Source: a virus. From it: a stretch of DNA of 64,000 bases. Shown here in pieces: positions 29,488-39,938 of the stretch (position 1 is the first letter of the stretch; each line of letters begins with the position of its first letter). A model generated the notes under the pieces. The model did not search any database. It saw only the letters and a program-made list of their open reading frames with translations, and was not told the DNA's origin. The stretch lies in IMG/VR virus record IMGVR_UViG_3300010399_000006, positions 8,851 to 72,850 of that record; one strand, given 5' to 3'. The position numbers were made by a program, and so were the translations under genes.

Positions 29488-29571
29488 GATGTCGTTTCAC
29501 CATTTCGGTCCTCCAGTGGTTGTTAGTGGTTGAGCCGCTTTCCACGACGGCATTGGGTCAGTAGTTAGTGG

Positions 29572-30492
29572 TTAGTAGAGACTGGCGATTGGTTGAGTGG
29601 TGGCGACGAATGCGGTCGGTAGAGGGCTGATGGCCGTGACGCCGATGGTGGCTGAAGCCTGAACGATACCGAAAGCCGTGCCGATCAGATGACAGTTGGG
29701 CCGGGCGCTGGCGCTGGAGTACTGGAATCCGATGAGGTACTTCGCAGGACCGACAGCAGCGTACGGCGTCGCGAAGGGGATCGACTGATAGGCGTCAGTG
29801 CCGGAACCGGCGGTGGCGGCTGACACGGCGGCGGCGATTGCGACGCCCGCAGAGGTATAGAGCGCAACGGTGATGTTGCCGGTTACGTCCGAGCCGTTGA
29901 AGTGACGAACACCGGTCAGAGTCATGTTGCATGGAACGAAGATCTCTACGGTGTAGACGCTGGTCGTGGTGGGGGTCAGCTCAGAACCGTCAGCAGCGGC
30001 CGTAGCTGGAGCGCCACCGGTGTGGATCTGACCGCACGGGGTGGCCGAGAATCCGCCAGCAGCAGCTACACCGCCAGTGGGAGTGATGGCACCACGGACG
30101 GTAGTAGCACCGGAGTCGAGAACGGTGATGTTGGTGTTGGCGTTGGCGTGATCACGAAACAGCAGTGACGTGACCGGCTGGACGATGGACTCGGACGTAC
30201 CGTTGAACACGATACCGTCGTCGGTCAGGATGATGCCGTCATCGGTGATCGTCAGGCCGTCGTCGGTGATGGTAACGCCACCATCAGTCACCGTGAGACC
30301 GCCAGCAGTGACAGTGAGGCCACCGGCAGTAACGGTGAGACCGCCCGATGCTACGCTCAGCCCAGACAGGAGAGCGAGAACGTCGGCGGTGAGGGTTTCG
30401 AGCGCAGCAACGCCAATTGCGGTGACCGCACCGGAGCCGGGCGGTCTCGTGATCGACGTACCCGCTTGGGGCGGAGACGGAATTGCAGACAT
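29572..30492 (-). CDS. Virion structural protein (possible head fibre)
   Basis: (GGLTVTA)n and (DDG.TIT)n 7-aa repeats. Confidence 0.6.
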   Translation of the reverse strand: MSAIPSPPQAGTSITRPPGSGAVTAIGVAALETLTADVLALLSGLSVASGGLTVTAGGLTVTAGGLTVTDGGVTITDDGLTITDDGIILTDDGIVFNGTSESIVQPVTSLLFRDHANANTNITVLDSGATTVRGAITPTGGVAAAGGFSATPCGQIHTGGAPATAAADGSELTPTTTSVYTVEIFVPCNMTLTGVRHFNGSDVTGNITVALYTSAGVAIAAAVSAATAGSGTDAYQSIPFATPYAAVGPAKYLIGFQYSSASARPNCHLIGTAFGIVQASATIGVTAISPLPTAFVATTQPIASLY

Positions 30493-30563
30493 GAGTTTGG
30501 TCCTCCGTTAAATGGATAACGGTAGGATCAATACGTACCAGCGTAGTAACTACTAACTACTAT

Positions 30564-31157
30564 CTATGCTGGTTGCTTGACCCTCACATCATCCACGTTG
30601 TACCGGTGTTCAGATACCGTCATCTCCGGAGGAAGGACCGAGACGCCTTTGTCGTCGAACGACGAGCCGATGCGTTTTGCGGAATCCGGAAGGATCGAGT
30701 CCATCTGCTGAAGTTTCGCCAGTTCCGAGAAGTAGCGTTCAGCGGGACGAACCATTACCACTTCGTAAAGGTCTTTACCCTGGGCGTTGCGCCCCACGGG
30801 GAGACAGATACGATTATCAACTACTTGGTAGGCTTTGCGCAACTCTGGGCCGAGACTCCACTCTTCGGCCTTGCACTCTTCGAAGCCTTTTTCGAAGGTC
30901 AGCAGCATCCAGAGCTTGCGGGACTCGGTAGAGCCGTCGTCACAGTAGCGAGTGAAGTTGAACTCCAGGGTGGGGTCGGGGATGTAGACGATATCTCCGC
31001 GCCAGAACGACCCGAGGTAGTACGAGGAGCCGGTGAGGGACTTGCGGGTCTGGTCCAGAGGGATACCCAGTCGGGGGTGAAGTTTGGGGATGGTGCTGGT
31101 GATGGCGATGTCTCCGCCGTACAGGTAGCGGTTGGTGTCATTGATCTCGATAGGCAT
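30564..31157 (-). CDS. Hypothetical head-module protein
   Basis: AGGAG SD; lies between scaffold and capsid genes. Confidence 0.7.
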   Translation of the reverse strand: MPIEINDTNRYLYGGDIAITSTIPKLHPRLGIPLDQTRKSLTGSSYYLGSFWRGDIVYIPDPTLEFNFTRYCDDGSTESRKLWMLLTFEKGFEECKAEEWSLGPELRKAYQVVDNRICLPVGRNAQGKDLYEVVMVRPAERYFSELAKLQQMDSILPDSAKRIGSSFDDKGVSVLPPEMTVSEHRYNVDDVRVKQPA

Positions 31158-31228
31158 GATTGAAGTTCTCCTGCTTTCCTGATCGGTAATGTTGGTATGT
31201 ACTGATTACTGATTACTGATTACTATGT

Positions 31229-32269
31229 TTATGACTCGTCGGTCAGACCAGCAGTCTGATCAGCGTACGCGATATCGCGGAATTCCTCAAGGGTGTACGG
31301 TTTGAGACCGCGACGAGTGCGGTTGACGTTCCACGCATCCAAGTGCTCTTTGAGAGCGTTGTCCATGTGCTTGTTGCCGGTGGATGCGGGGCGCTTGGCA
31401 GTGGGGGTGGTAGTTACCGCTGGACGGCCATTACCGGCAGCGGGGGCAGCGGGGGTTACGCTGGTGGTGGCGGGGATGAGTTTGGCGGCGTTCTGCCGAA
31501 GCATATTACCGGCTAGTACCCAGTTCTCGGTGACGGTGGGGTCGGCACCGTTGTTCGCCATGACGGTAGCCAGCCACGGACGTACCGACAGGAAGGTGGG
31601 TTCGTCCATCTTCAGTAGTTCGCGCGCTTTGACTTGGGCAGTTTCGGCGCGGATCTGTAGGTTCTGGTTGGCGAGACCGGCCATCTGCTGCTGTAGCCCT
31701 TGGGTGACTTGCGCGACTTGCTGGTTGACCTGTTGGGTGACAAATTGGGGGATGGCGTTGAGAACCGTACCCGGAGTGGAGAAGAGCTGCTGAGGGTCTT
31801 CGATGCCCAGTTGGGTATACGGCTGGGCAGGAGTGGCCGGAGGAGCGCCAGTTGAGGCTCGGATGCGGTCCAGCTCGGCGAACATTACATCGTTGAGTCG
31901 CTTCTGTGCTTCGTACTGCGCGACGGCTTCGTTCTTCTGGAATCCTGCTTGGTGCTCACGAGCCAGAGCGCCTTTGAGAGTGCTCCACGCTTCCTTGCGG
32001 GGTTTGCCGCGTAGTGACGGTGGGAGATCGTCGTCGTCGGCGGGCTGGTCCCAAAAGTCCACCGGCTGAGCGGGAGTGGCCGGAGTGGTATTTACCGTAG
32101 CTCCGAGTTCAGTACCGGTATCCGTAGCCGATGTGGTATCTGCTGGCGCTGCCGGTGTCTGTGCCGGTTCAGTCGTTGTGGTTGTGGTGGGCGCTGGATC
32201 TGTCGGTGGGTTCTGTTCATAAAACGTATCCATCTCTGCTCGGGGGTCTGCTACCGGTGTGACTGTCAT
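31229..32269 (-). CDS. Putative scaffolding protein
   Basis: Disordered N-terminus, LPPSLRGK, coiled coil; between portal and capsid. Confidence 0.65.
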   Translation of the reverse strand: MTVTPVADPRAEMDTFYEQNPPTDPAPTTTTTTEPAQTPAAPADTTSATDTGTELGATVNTTPATPAQPVDFWDQPADDDDLPPSLRGKPRKEAWSTLKGALAREHQAGFQKNEAVAQYEAQKRLNDVMFAELDRIRASTGAPPATPAQPYTQLGIEDPQQLFSTPGTVLNAIPQFVTQQVNQQVAQVTQGLQQQMAGLANQNLQIRAETAQVKARELLKMDEPTFLSVRPWLATVMANNGADPTVTENWVLAGNMLRQNAAKLIPATTSVTPAAPAAGNGRPAVTTTPTAKRPASTGNKHMDNALKEHLDAWNVNRTRRGLKPYTLEEFRDIAYADQTAGLTDES

Positions 32270-32303
32270 TGTTTCAGTCCTCTCTTTCTCTTACTGCTAT
32301 CAC

Positions 32304-32588
32304 TTACTGCTCTTCTACTTCTTCTGGTTGCTCTGTATCCGAAAGAATCGTCTGCGGTACGGCGAGCGCGAACTCCAATCCCTTGATGAACCCCTGCATC
32401 TCCCGCCAGTCTCCGTCGTCTTTACCTCTCCTCCGGCTACGCTGGTAGATTTCCGACCGCAGGAGCCGCACCCATTCCTTGACCACTTGGGAGCGGCTGA
32501 AGGTTGTCCAGTCCCGAGGATTGATCGACACCGGCAGGAACAGATCCGTTGCCTCCGGCATTTGGAACAGGTCCAGATTGAGACTCAT
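32304..32588 (-). CDS. Small helical protein overlapping the portal 3' end
   Basis: GGAGG SD; ..REMQGFIKGLEF.. pattern common in post-portal genes. Confidence 0.7.
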   Translation of the reverse strand: MSLNLDLFQMPEATDLFLPVSINPRDWTTFSRSQVVKEWVRLLRSEIYQRSRRRGKDDGDWREMQGFIKGLEFALAVPQTILSDTEQPEEVEEQ

Positions 32589-34803
32589 TAGTACCTCCCA
32601 TTGGGGATGAGGATGTAGATGTGGGTGTGGTGGTAGGCGTTATGTTGATACCGGCCATCTGAGCGATAGCCATGACGAACTCCGGTGGTAGCTGACCAGA
32701 CAGAGAGATCTTTACATCGGGTACTTTCGGCGTTTCTGATGGCGGCGGAGCGCTGGCCATCTTCTTTTGTAGTGATTCGATATTCTCTCGGATCATCTCC
32801 GGCTTCATGGCGTACTGAGATACGTCGTGGCGGCGGGCGTTCTTGAACATGGACGCCAGCATGAGTTCGCGGCGAGTGATCCAGAAGATGCCCATCTCCT
32901 GGAACTCTGACGGGACACCGGGGAGCATGATCTGGCCGGTAACAGCCATGGCGAACTGGTTGGCTCCGTCGATCTCCTTACCGAGTACCAGATCTTGCTG
33001 GAACATGGCTTCTGGCGTCTGGTCGGAGGTGGTCGCTTTGAGTACGAATCGGAGCTGATCGGTGATTGCTTCTCGCGGAAGGTGGATGGTACGGCTGATC
33101 ACCGCATCGGTCTTGTCGTCGAACGACGGTATGGTCTGCTCCGGTGCATACTGAGCTAGTGACTGTACGTACATCAGGGCGAGGTCACCGATTCTGGTTG
33201 CCAGTCCGGCATAGATCTGCTTGGGTTGCAGTTTGGAGAGATCTTGCTGTTGGGCAAACGCACCAGATGTAACACGGGACAGGTCGGCGGTGGCGTTGTC
33301 GTACTGAGTGGAGAGGCCCATCTCAGTGGCGCCGTTTTTGAGGAACGTGATCTCGCTGGCGATGGATTCGATAGGCGTACCGAGTGGAGTTAGCTTCACG
33401 TCCTCCATCTCATCAACAGGTACGACCATGCCCGGACGGATGTTCGATCTACGGGAGAGGAATGTAGCGGTAGATGTACCCTTCCGCACCATGATCACGG
33501 AGACGTTGCGCATCACCATGTTCTGGACTTGCAGGTGAAAGAGGTTCGAGGCGTAGCGTTGGAACGGTGCTACGTCTTCGACTGTACAGGTACCGGAGTA
33601 GCTGTTCGGTCGCTGGCGCATGAACCAGTCGATGTACGGGCGCTTACCGTTCCACGAATCGAGCAGCCAGCAGGAGAGCAGGGTTTCGGTTTTGACGTGG
33701 AAGTCACCGACCAGTTCCATCCACGTAATGGTGGTTGGGTCGTCTTCGGTGAGGATGGGCCAGCGGAAGTTGACTTCTACCACTGGGTGGGTTTTGGCGG
33801 GGTCTAGTTCCCGGCGCTTATCGACACGCTCGGTGACTCGTTTCTTGCGTTTGGTGGAATCGGTAGTGGTGTCCTCTGCTGAGTAGAGAACTCGTTCGAT
33901 ATCCTCGTCGGACGGTCCTACTGATTTGCCATCGCCGTCAACCTCGTCGGGATCGGTGCAGAAGTCCCACTCACCGGAGGAGATCTTCATCCGTACGGTG
34001 GAGGTATCCGGTTCCATTCGCATGCCGATCCACGGGGACTTCTGGATGTCGGTGTGGCCGAATGGAACTAGGAAGTCGTCACCGGGGACATTGATGATCT
34101 GAACGGATTCGCCATCGACGATGGTGCGGTACTCCGGGGCGTTGATGATCTGAATGGGCTGACCATTGGGGGTCTCTTTGACTGTACCGGTCTCGTCGGC
34201 GGACAGGAACGGGAGCATCCGGTTGGCGATGCGGATGCGCTGTTCGTCGTGGATGATTTTGAGTACGGCGGGGAACGTACCGTCTTGGAGTCCTTCCATC
34301 GCCCAATCGGATAGGACTTTGCGGATTGGCAGACGGTGGGACCACTTGAAATGGAGGAGGGATTCGATGGCATCGGCTTCTTCAGAATAGGTTACGGTTA
34401 CGTCTTCAACGATGCCGGTGTCGGGGTTGGGAGTGGTGATGTGGAAGACGCCATCGCCCAATGGGAGTACCGATACGGTGGGCTCGGCGGAGAACACCCG
34501 ATCCATCAGCCATGCGTGCTGCTGGTTGGCTTGCTGGCGGGAGAACGGCAAGGTGATCGTCTCGCCCTTGCCGGCGATACCTTCGTAGGCTTCTATGTTC
34601 TTGGAGCGTTTGGTGAGGGCGTTCTCGCGGTCGTCGGAGCACTTTTTGATTTGACGCGAGAGGTAGGTTTGGACACGGGATTTTTCGTCGTCGATGAAGA
34701 CGATCTTTTGGTGGAGGTTGTACTTGTCGGCGACGATACGTGCGTTCGGTTTGCCCGAGTCTACGAGAGAGGCTGTGGGGTCGAGAGAGGAGAGATCTAG
34801 CAT
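32437..34803 (-). CDS. Portal protein
   Basis: 788 aa after the terminase genes; RPYI...RPNSYSG...PFQ..S pattern of P22-like portals; disordered C-terminus. Confidence 0.8.
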   Translation of the reverse strand: MLDLSSLDPTASLVDSGKPNARIVADKYNLHQKIVFIDDEKSRVQTYLSRQIKKCSDDRENALTKRSKNIEAYEGIAGKGETITLPFSRQQANQQHAWLMDRVFSAEPTVSVLPLGDGVFHITTPNPDTGIVEDVTVTYSEEADAIESLLHFKWSHRLPIRKVLSDWAMEGLQDGTFPAVLKIIHDEQRIRIANRMLPFLSADETGTVKETPNGQPIQIINAPEYRTIVDGESVQIINVPGDDFLVPFGHTDIQKSPWIGMRMEPDTSTVRMKISSGEWDFCTDPDEVDGDGKSVGPSDEDIERVLYSAEDTTTDSTKRKKRVTERVDKRRELDPAKTHPVVEVNFRWPILTEDDPTTITWMELVGDFHVKTETLLSCWLLDSWNGKRPYIDWFMRQRPNSYSGTCTVEDVAPFQRYASNLFHLQVQNMVMRNVSVIMVRKGTSTATFLSRRSNIRPGMVVPVDEMEDVKLTPLGTPIESIASEITFLKNGATEMGLSTQYDNATADLSRVTSGAFAQQQDLSKLQPKQIYAGLATRIGDLALMYVQSLAQYAPEQTIPSFDDKTDAVISRTIHLPREAITDQLRFVLKATTSDQTPEAMFQQDLVLGKEIDGANQFAMAVTGQIMLPGVPSEFQEMGIFWITRRELMLASMFKNARRHDVSQYAMKPEMIRENIESLQKKMASAPPPSETPKVPDVKISLSGQLPPEFVMAIAQMAGINITPTTTPTSTSSSPMGGTNESQSGPVPNAGGNGSVPAGVDQSSGLDNLQPLPSGQGMGAAPAVGNLPA

Positions 34804-34962
34804 CTATTTACGTTCCGATCTGCTGGAGCTGTTGGGCTTGAACCCGGCTTCGTTCCGATTCACGACCAGCACACGTCCATCCGGAGTAAAGATCTTCACA
34901 CTGGTGCGCTCTTTCGATTCGACCGTTACTGTCTTCTGCCACACTGCCGGATCATCACTCAC
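34804..34962 (-). CDS. 52-aa protein (not in ORF track)
   Basis: GAGAGG SD, GTG start; MSDDPAVWQKTVTVESKERTSVKIFTPDGRVLVV... Confidence 0.55.
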   Translation of the reverse strand: MSDDPAVWQKTVTVESKERTSVKIFTPDGRVLVVNRNEAGFKPNSSSRSERK

Positions 34963-35324
34963 CGTTCAACCTCTCGATCTGCCGCGTGGTGGAAAGCGTC
35001 CGCCCCGTCCACTGGAGGATCTTCCATTACCCGTTGCGCCGCATCACGCGGCAGATCCAAAAGTCGAGTGTGAATTGCCACGAAATGTCTCGTTGCCGAG
35101 CAGGAGTGAGTATCCCAATACGGATTCGTCGGATCGGCCCACGGCACATCAAACGTGTCAGCGTAGTTGCCAGCAAACACCTGTGGGCACGCGGTACATT
35201 GAAGAAAGCCGAGGGCGTTTCGTTCAGTTACACGTACTTCTTCACCATCGCCCAATAACATCGTTATTCCGGCTTGGACTTCGGGCTTGCAGACCCCACC
35301 AACTACACGGTTGGTCAGTTCCAT
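34959..35324 (-). CDS. Hypothetical Zn-binding protein
   Basis: ATG overlaps the TerL end; CTAC...HSC. Confidence 0.65.
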   Translation of the reverse strand: MELTNRVVGGVCKPEVQAGITMLLGDGEEVRVTERNALGFLQCTACPQVFAGNYADTFDVPWADPTNPYWDTHSCSATRHFVAIHTRLLDLPRDAAQRVMEDPPVDGADAFHHAADREVER

Positions 35325-37249
35325 GTGAACTCCATAGGATCGAACGACACGTCGATCATCGTTGCCGGATCGCAATCCCGTGTCACCTGGGCGAGCTGAT
35401 CTCGGGCGTACGATTCAGTAGTACCAGCTACGTCTTCGCCGGTTGGCTGGCCGAAGAGAGTGACCATCATGGCGATAGCATCCAGAATGTCGTCTTCTGG
35501 ATCTTCGGACGCGGAGTTGTAGCCGAGCATTTCAGTATCTCTGTCGTGATCCTCGGGATCTAGCAACAGCGTCATCTGAAGCAGACCGGCGAGAACGCCG
35601 TTGTAAATGCGCATCGTCTTCTGGATTCCACTGGGGGACAGCTTGACGATTCGCCGGGCCAGAAACGAGAACTCTTCGGCGCGTTGCATCCACACCGCAG
35701 TGGTTTGCTGAGCGGCATTCGACTCGATACCCACTTTTCGCGGCGGGTTAGATCTACCGCCCCACTGGTTGAATACCATAGGTATGGCGTTAAGCAGATC
35801 AGCGTAACCTCTACCGCGACCAGCACGGCCTTTGAGGGCGTAGATATATCCTTGCGGATCTTGGCACCCAGCAGCTACCGCCCACTTGTCGCCCTTACCG
35901 CTGACTGCTTGGTCTACAGCTAGAACTCTAGGTAGGGTAAGTGGGTCGTACTCGACGTACGCGTGCTTGTTGCCGCGACTGCATCCCATCCAGCAGCGAC
36001 ACTCATCAGTGGATGGTTCCAGTTGGGGATTGGTTTTGGGGATCTTCTGCCCTTTGGCGTCAACGGTCCATAGATACCGGCGTATGAATCGCCTGTGTTC
36101 CTCTTTGCCGGTACGCTGACTGATGGACTTTTTAACTACCCATGTGAAGTACGACCTGCGGAGCAGTTCGGTGGAGAACTCCATCGATCCGGCTTCGTGG
36201 GCAGTCATGCAGAAGTTCTGCATCCACGAGATAGCGCCGTGTTTGGGGTTCGAGAGGGTTTCCTTCCGCATCTCTCGAATGGCATCGAGACTGTTGAGTT
36301 CTGGCAGTACTGGTATGCCATCGTCGAGAAGGTTGGATAGGTTCCACGCTGCCCCGGCGTGGTGGCGCCATATCGGAATGACCAGAGAGATGTATCCGGC
36401 GTCCGGAGCACTCAGTGTGGCGTGGTCGTCCTTGGCGCCTTGAATGGTGCCGTTGAATACGTACCGCGCTCCGCCCCAACGCTCCGCCATCGAGATGCCG
36501 CGAAGGGATGCGATGAAGCGGTTCGCGTCGTCAACCGTGGCGTCACCCTGTTTGGCTTCGGTGGAGGAGAGATCGTCCCCGTAGATCAGATGGTAGTGCT
36601 TGGAGTACCACTGGGAGTTGACGCCGCGCGCCTCGATCGTTTCCTGCTCCGGTACGGTGCGGCCGTACATACGAATCCACTTTTTGGTGATCTGTGCTTC
36701 GGGATTGACTGGGAAGAGTCGATCTGGGTAGTACGTACGGTACTCATCGGTGCGCATCATGTTGCCGATCGCCTCGCACATTGCCCATGCGGCATCGTCG
36801 GACTTGGAGACGATGGCGATGTTCCTGTTGGGATCAACGCTGCCGGTCCAGAGAACTACGTCGCGTCCGATGGTGGTTTTGCCGGACGCACGGGCGATGC
36901 GGTCGTTTACTTTTTCCAAAATCTTTGCTAGCTGGCGGATACCGGTACGGGTGTTCCAATCGACCGGTGGTGACTGGGATCGGAGGAAGCGACGGATTTG
37001 GGTGACTACTTCTGAATCGTAGGTGTTGAGGCACGCTGCGAGTCGTACGGCGTCCCCGGCGAGTAGATACGCGAGTGGTCGGTGGAACCGTTCGATGTCC
37101 TCCGCCCCGTGCTTACACACCCACTTGATGAACAACCACACATCGGCGTCCATCGCTCGGCGGCGTTCGCCGATCTGTTCGGATGTGAGTATTACCCGAT
37201 CTTCGATCTCCCGAATTTCGGCTGTAGCAGTGGCGGTAGCGGGACTCAC
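35315..37249 (-). CDS. terL: Terminase large subunit
   Basis: Walker A ARASGKTT, Walker B LIYGDD, motif III NGT, nuclease LAVDQA, IESNAAQ, DDILDA. Confidence 0.92.
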   Translation of the reverse strand: MSPATATATAEIREIEDRVILTSEQIGERRRAMDADVWLFIKWVCKHGAEDIERFHRPLAYLLAGDAVRLAACLNTYDSEVVTQIRRFLRSQSPPVDWNTRTGIRQLAKILEKVNDRIARASGKTTIGRDVVLWTGSVDPNRNIAIVSKSDDAAWAMCEAIGNMMRTDEYRTYYPDRLFPVNPEAQITKKWIRMYGRTVPEQETIEARGVNSQWYSKHYHLIYGDDLSSTEAKQGDATVDDANRFIASLRGISMAERWGGARYVFNGTIQGAKDDHATLSAPDAGYISLVIPIWRHHAGAAWNLSNLLDDGIPVLPELNSLDAIREMRKETLSNPKHGAISWMQNFCMTAHEAGSMEFSTELLRRSYFTWVVKKSISQRTGKEEHRRFIRRYLWTVDAKGQKIPKTNPQLEPSTDECRCWMGCSRGNKHAYVEYDPLTLPRVLAVDQAVSGKGDKWAVAAGCQDPQGYIYALKGRAGRGRGYADLLNAIPMVFNQWGGRSNPPRKVGIESNAAQQTTAVWMQRAEEFSFLARRIVKLSPSGIQKTMRIYNGVLAGLLQMTLLLDPEDHDRDTEMLGYNSASEDPEDDILDAIAMMVTLFGQPTGEDVAGTTESYARDQLAQVTRDCDPATMIDVSFDPMEFTWN

Positions 37250-37824
37250 GAAGCAACTCCCTCCGCTACGTCCCCAACCACCTCAGCGTCGATGGCATCA
37301 GCAGCGACTACTCCAGCGGGCAATCTACCGAGCAGGCGTTGGGACTTGATCATGTCGATCTCCTGCTCCTGAGCTGCTAGTTCCCGTACTGTTTTGGGAT
37401 TGAACACGGCGTGCATGATCCCGCCAGAGTGCTTGATATCGAGACTCCCCTTGGGCTTACCTTCGATGTACTCAATCACTCTCCACGCCGAATCGATATC
37501 TCCGTCTTTGATCGCTGCGACGATCTGGCTCCACGCCTCGCCGAGCTGTTCTTCCATCTTCGCCCGTAGGCTCTTGGCGGTGACTTCGATGGTAGATACC
37601 TGCTTTTCGCGCTTGGCCAGTAGTGCCCAATCGAGCAGTCGTTGGTACTCGGATTTGTGTTGGGGGTCATTGAGGTGCTTGTAGAGCATCCGGACGGAGA
37701 CGCCGGTTGGCTTGTTGCTGGTGGAGATGCGGGCGGCGATCTCTCCTTCGTTATGTCCGAATGCGCGCAAGACGATCATCTGCACACAGAAGAGGCACGC
37801 GGTATCTGGAACTCGGGCGGTCAT
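37246..37824 (-). CDS. terS: Putative terminase small subunit
   Basis: Directly upstream of TerL; N-terminal HTH-like segment, helical core, LDIKHSGG tail. Confidence 0.7.
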   Translation of the reverse strand: MTARVPDTACLFCVQMIVLRAFGHNEGEIAARISTSNKPTGVSVRMLYKHLNDPQHKSEYQRLLDWALLAKREKQVSTIEVTAKSLRAKMEEQLGEAWSQIVAAIKDGDIDSAWRVIEYIEGKPKGSLDIKHSGGIMHAVFNPKTVRELAAQEQEIDMIKSQRLLGRLPAGVVAADAIDAEVVGDVAEGVAS

Positions 37825-38020
37825 AACGTGATCACGCTGGTGGGGGTAGAGGTAGGTGTGGAGGTGTCGGAACCGCCCGTTGGAAGGGCCGGTATGAGGG
37901 CGATTGAGGTGGTTGGAACGGACGGTTCTGACACTACCGATCAGAGTGAGGTTGGTATAGACCGGCTGTCAATATCGATGCGTCCCCAGACAGAGTGGCG
38001 GTAAGTGGTTGGTAAAGTAG

Positions 38021-38049
38021 TTGACTAGTTGGTGGTGTGGATCTAAGAT
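38021..38049 (+). promoter_or_regulatory. Rightward promoter at the strand switch
   Basis: TTGACT-17 nt-TAAGAT; a divergent TTGACA lies on the - strand near 37970. Confidence 0.6.
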
Positions 38050-38212
38050 GCGTTTCCAACGTGGCGGCCAGAATTCGCAAAAGATGCTCGAATTGCAGGT
38101 TGAGGGCGTCAAGGAAACGTGATTTGTGCCCAAGATGCTATTCGAAGGCACGTCGGAACGGACTTCTGCCAGTACTGCCGAGCAAGATACCGCCGAGATC
38201 GAGGAGGAACGA

Positions 38213-38641
38213 GTGACTAAGCAAATAACTAAATCGGAAATGGCAACTGAAGAGGAAAAGATCGCCGAAGCACAGCGGAGGTACCGGTTGTGTGCTGGAC
38301 GGATTCTGGTGGCGCGGGATCAGGTACCGGTTGCGGCGGATGGAGAGTATGTGGCATCCAAGGTGGTCACTGCTGGTGGGCAAGAGGTAGCAATTCTGGG
38401 TACTCAGGAGCGCGGCCAGATCAATCAGGCGTTCGAGCCCTGGGGGCAAGTGCTGCTGATTGGGAATAGATACAAACCGGGTGACTACCGGCCGGACGTG
38501 AAGATCGGCCAGCGGGTGTTCTTCTCACCAACTGGAGCGAGGGATCTGGAGCTGGTGGTGGGTGAGGAGAAGATGACGGTGACGATGATTCCATTCGAAG
38601 CAGTAGTGATGGTAGATACCGGAGAGAAGGTAGACGCGTGA
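38213..38641 (+). CDS. GroES/Cpn10-like co-chaperonin
   Basis: GRILV...GQVLLIG...DVKIGQRVFF...IPFEAVV pattern; GAGGAGG SD before GTG 38213. Confidence 0.75.
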   Translation: MTKQITKSEMATEEEKIAEAQRRYRLCAGRILVARDQVPVAADGEYVASKVVTAGGQEVAILGTQERGQINQAFEPWGQVLLIGNRYKPGDYRPDVKIGQRVFFSPTGARDLELVVGEEKMTVTMIPFEAVVMVDTGEKVDA

Positions 38642-39228
38642 ACGACGAGCAGAAAGCATACGCGGCGACTCCATCGGCTGATCTCGAACGGCAGATCATG
38701 GACTCCAGTGTACCGAAGAACGAACGCGAACGCTGGGCTTCGCATGAGATCCACAGACTGAGAGACATCATCGATGGTGGATGTCCGATGCATCCAGTTG
38801 GTGGGATTGGACGGGCGAAGAAGAAGTTCCTATCGGTGTGTGCGGAGTGGGCAGATGCGCTGATCGGAGATGCCGTTAGGACGAAGGAGTATGGCTACAC
38901 GATCAAGTTCAAGCCCGAAGATGTGATCCCCAAAGTGGTCTACGGTGAGCCGGAAGCGGAAGCGTCGATGGCTACCGAACTTCTCGCCATCATCCGAGAA
39001 ATGAATGGGACTCTATCTAATTCGACTCTACCGGCGGAGATCAGGGTTGGAATGGTACGTACTCTAGTCAACCAGACTGTGGAGAGATACCGTAGTGACG
39101 TAATCATGAAGGGCATTCGTATCGACGAACTACCGGACGTTCAGCGGAAGGTGTGGTTGGCTGGATGGCAGTTGATGGTTGATGCGTGGGACGCCACACC
39201 GACTTCAGCACCGGAGATCTCACCTTGA
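38638..39228 (+). CDS. Hypothetical protein
   Basis: GTGA overlap, 196 aa. Confidence 0.65.
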   Translation: MNDEQKAYAATPSADLERQIMDSSVPKNERERWASHEIHRLRDIIDGGCPMHPVGGIGRAKKKFLSVCAEWADALIGDAVRTKEYGYTIKFKPEDVIPKVVYGEPEAEASMATELLAIIREMNGTLSNSTLPAEIRVGMVRTLVNQTVERYRSDVIMKGIRIDELPDVQRKVWLAGWQLMVDAWDATPTSAPEISP

Positions 39229-39370
39229 AGGCCAGATTCAAACCGAAACACCCATTCTCGAAACGTGAGCTACTGCGAAAACTCCAGAGGTTCCTGTGGG
39301 TCGTGTTCGGGTGGATAGCACCAGAGATCACAACCAGAATGTGCGAGAGACTAGGAAAAGTGAGGGTTGA

Positions 39371-39703
39371 ATGAAAACCTGTGCGCGATGTGAAATCGAA
39401 AAACTGACGTTCGCCGTCAAGGCTCAGTACCGAATCCTCTTCGAGCTGATACCGCTCGTTGGGCTGAGTTCTACCGAGCGCCGTATCGAGCCAGCGCGGG
39501 ATCGGGCGATGAAAGAGCTGAACGGGATTGTGGAGAACTGGAGGACTCATGTCTGTACGCACCAACCAGCGATCAAGCCGGAAACAGTCAGACCGGAAGA
39601 AGTCAAGCCGGAACCAAAAGCGGAAGCAGAAGAGCCAGCCGAAGAATCGACCGAAGAGCCGATCATCGAATCGTCAGCCCCCAAAACCAAAAAGAAGAAG
39701 TAG
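39371..39703 (+). CDS. Hypothetical protein with acidic tract and basic tail
   Basis: CARC at the start; EEP..KTKKKK at the end. Confidence 0.65.
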   Translation: MKTCARCEIEKLTFAVKAQYRILFELIPLVGLSSTERRIEPARDRAMKELNGIVENWRTHVCTHQPAIKPETVRPEEVKPEPKAEAEEPAEESTEEPIIESSAPKTKKKK

Positions 39704-39938
39704 ACCCTCGGTATCTACCACTAGTACTGATCTGCCGGATGCGGTACGATTGGACGTTGTGGTAGGTACTCTCTCCACGCAGATCCCAACGGAGTGGTTG
39801 GGAGACGGGAAGAAGATGGCTGAGGTGAAGGCGAAGATGCTGGGTAAGGTTGGTGGGGAGATAGATCGGGTGATTGGTGGGGCGGTGGAGAAGTGGATGG
39901 AGCTAACTCGATGACTCTAGATATCGGAGGATCGTCTG

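Noticed and set aside
31201-31224. (ACTGATT)3 and the (AGCAAY)n tract near 44453
   Set aside because: Simple slippage repeats with no evidence of function.
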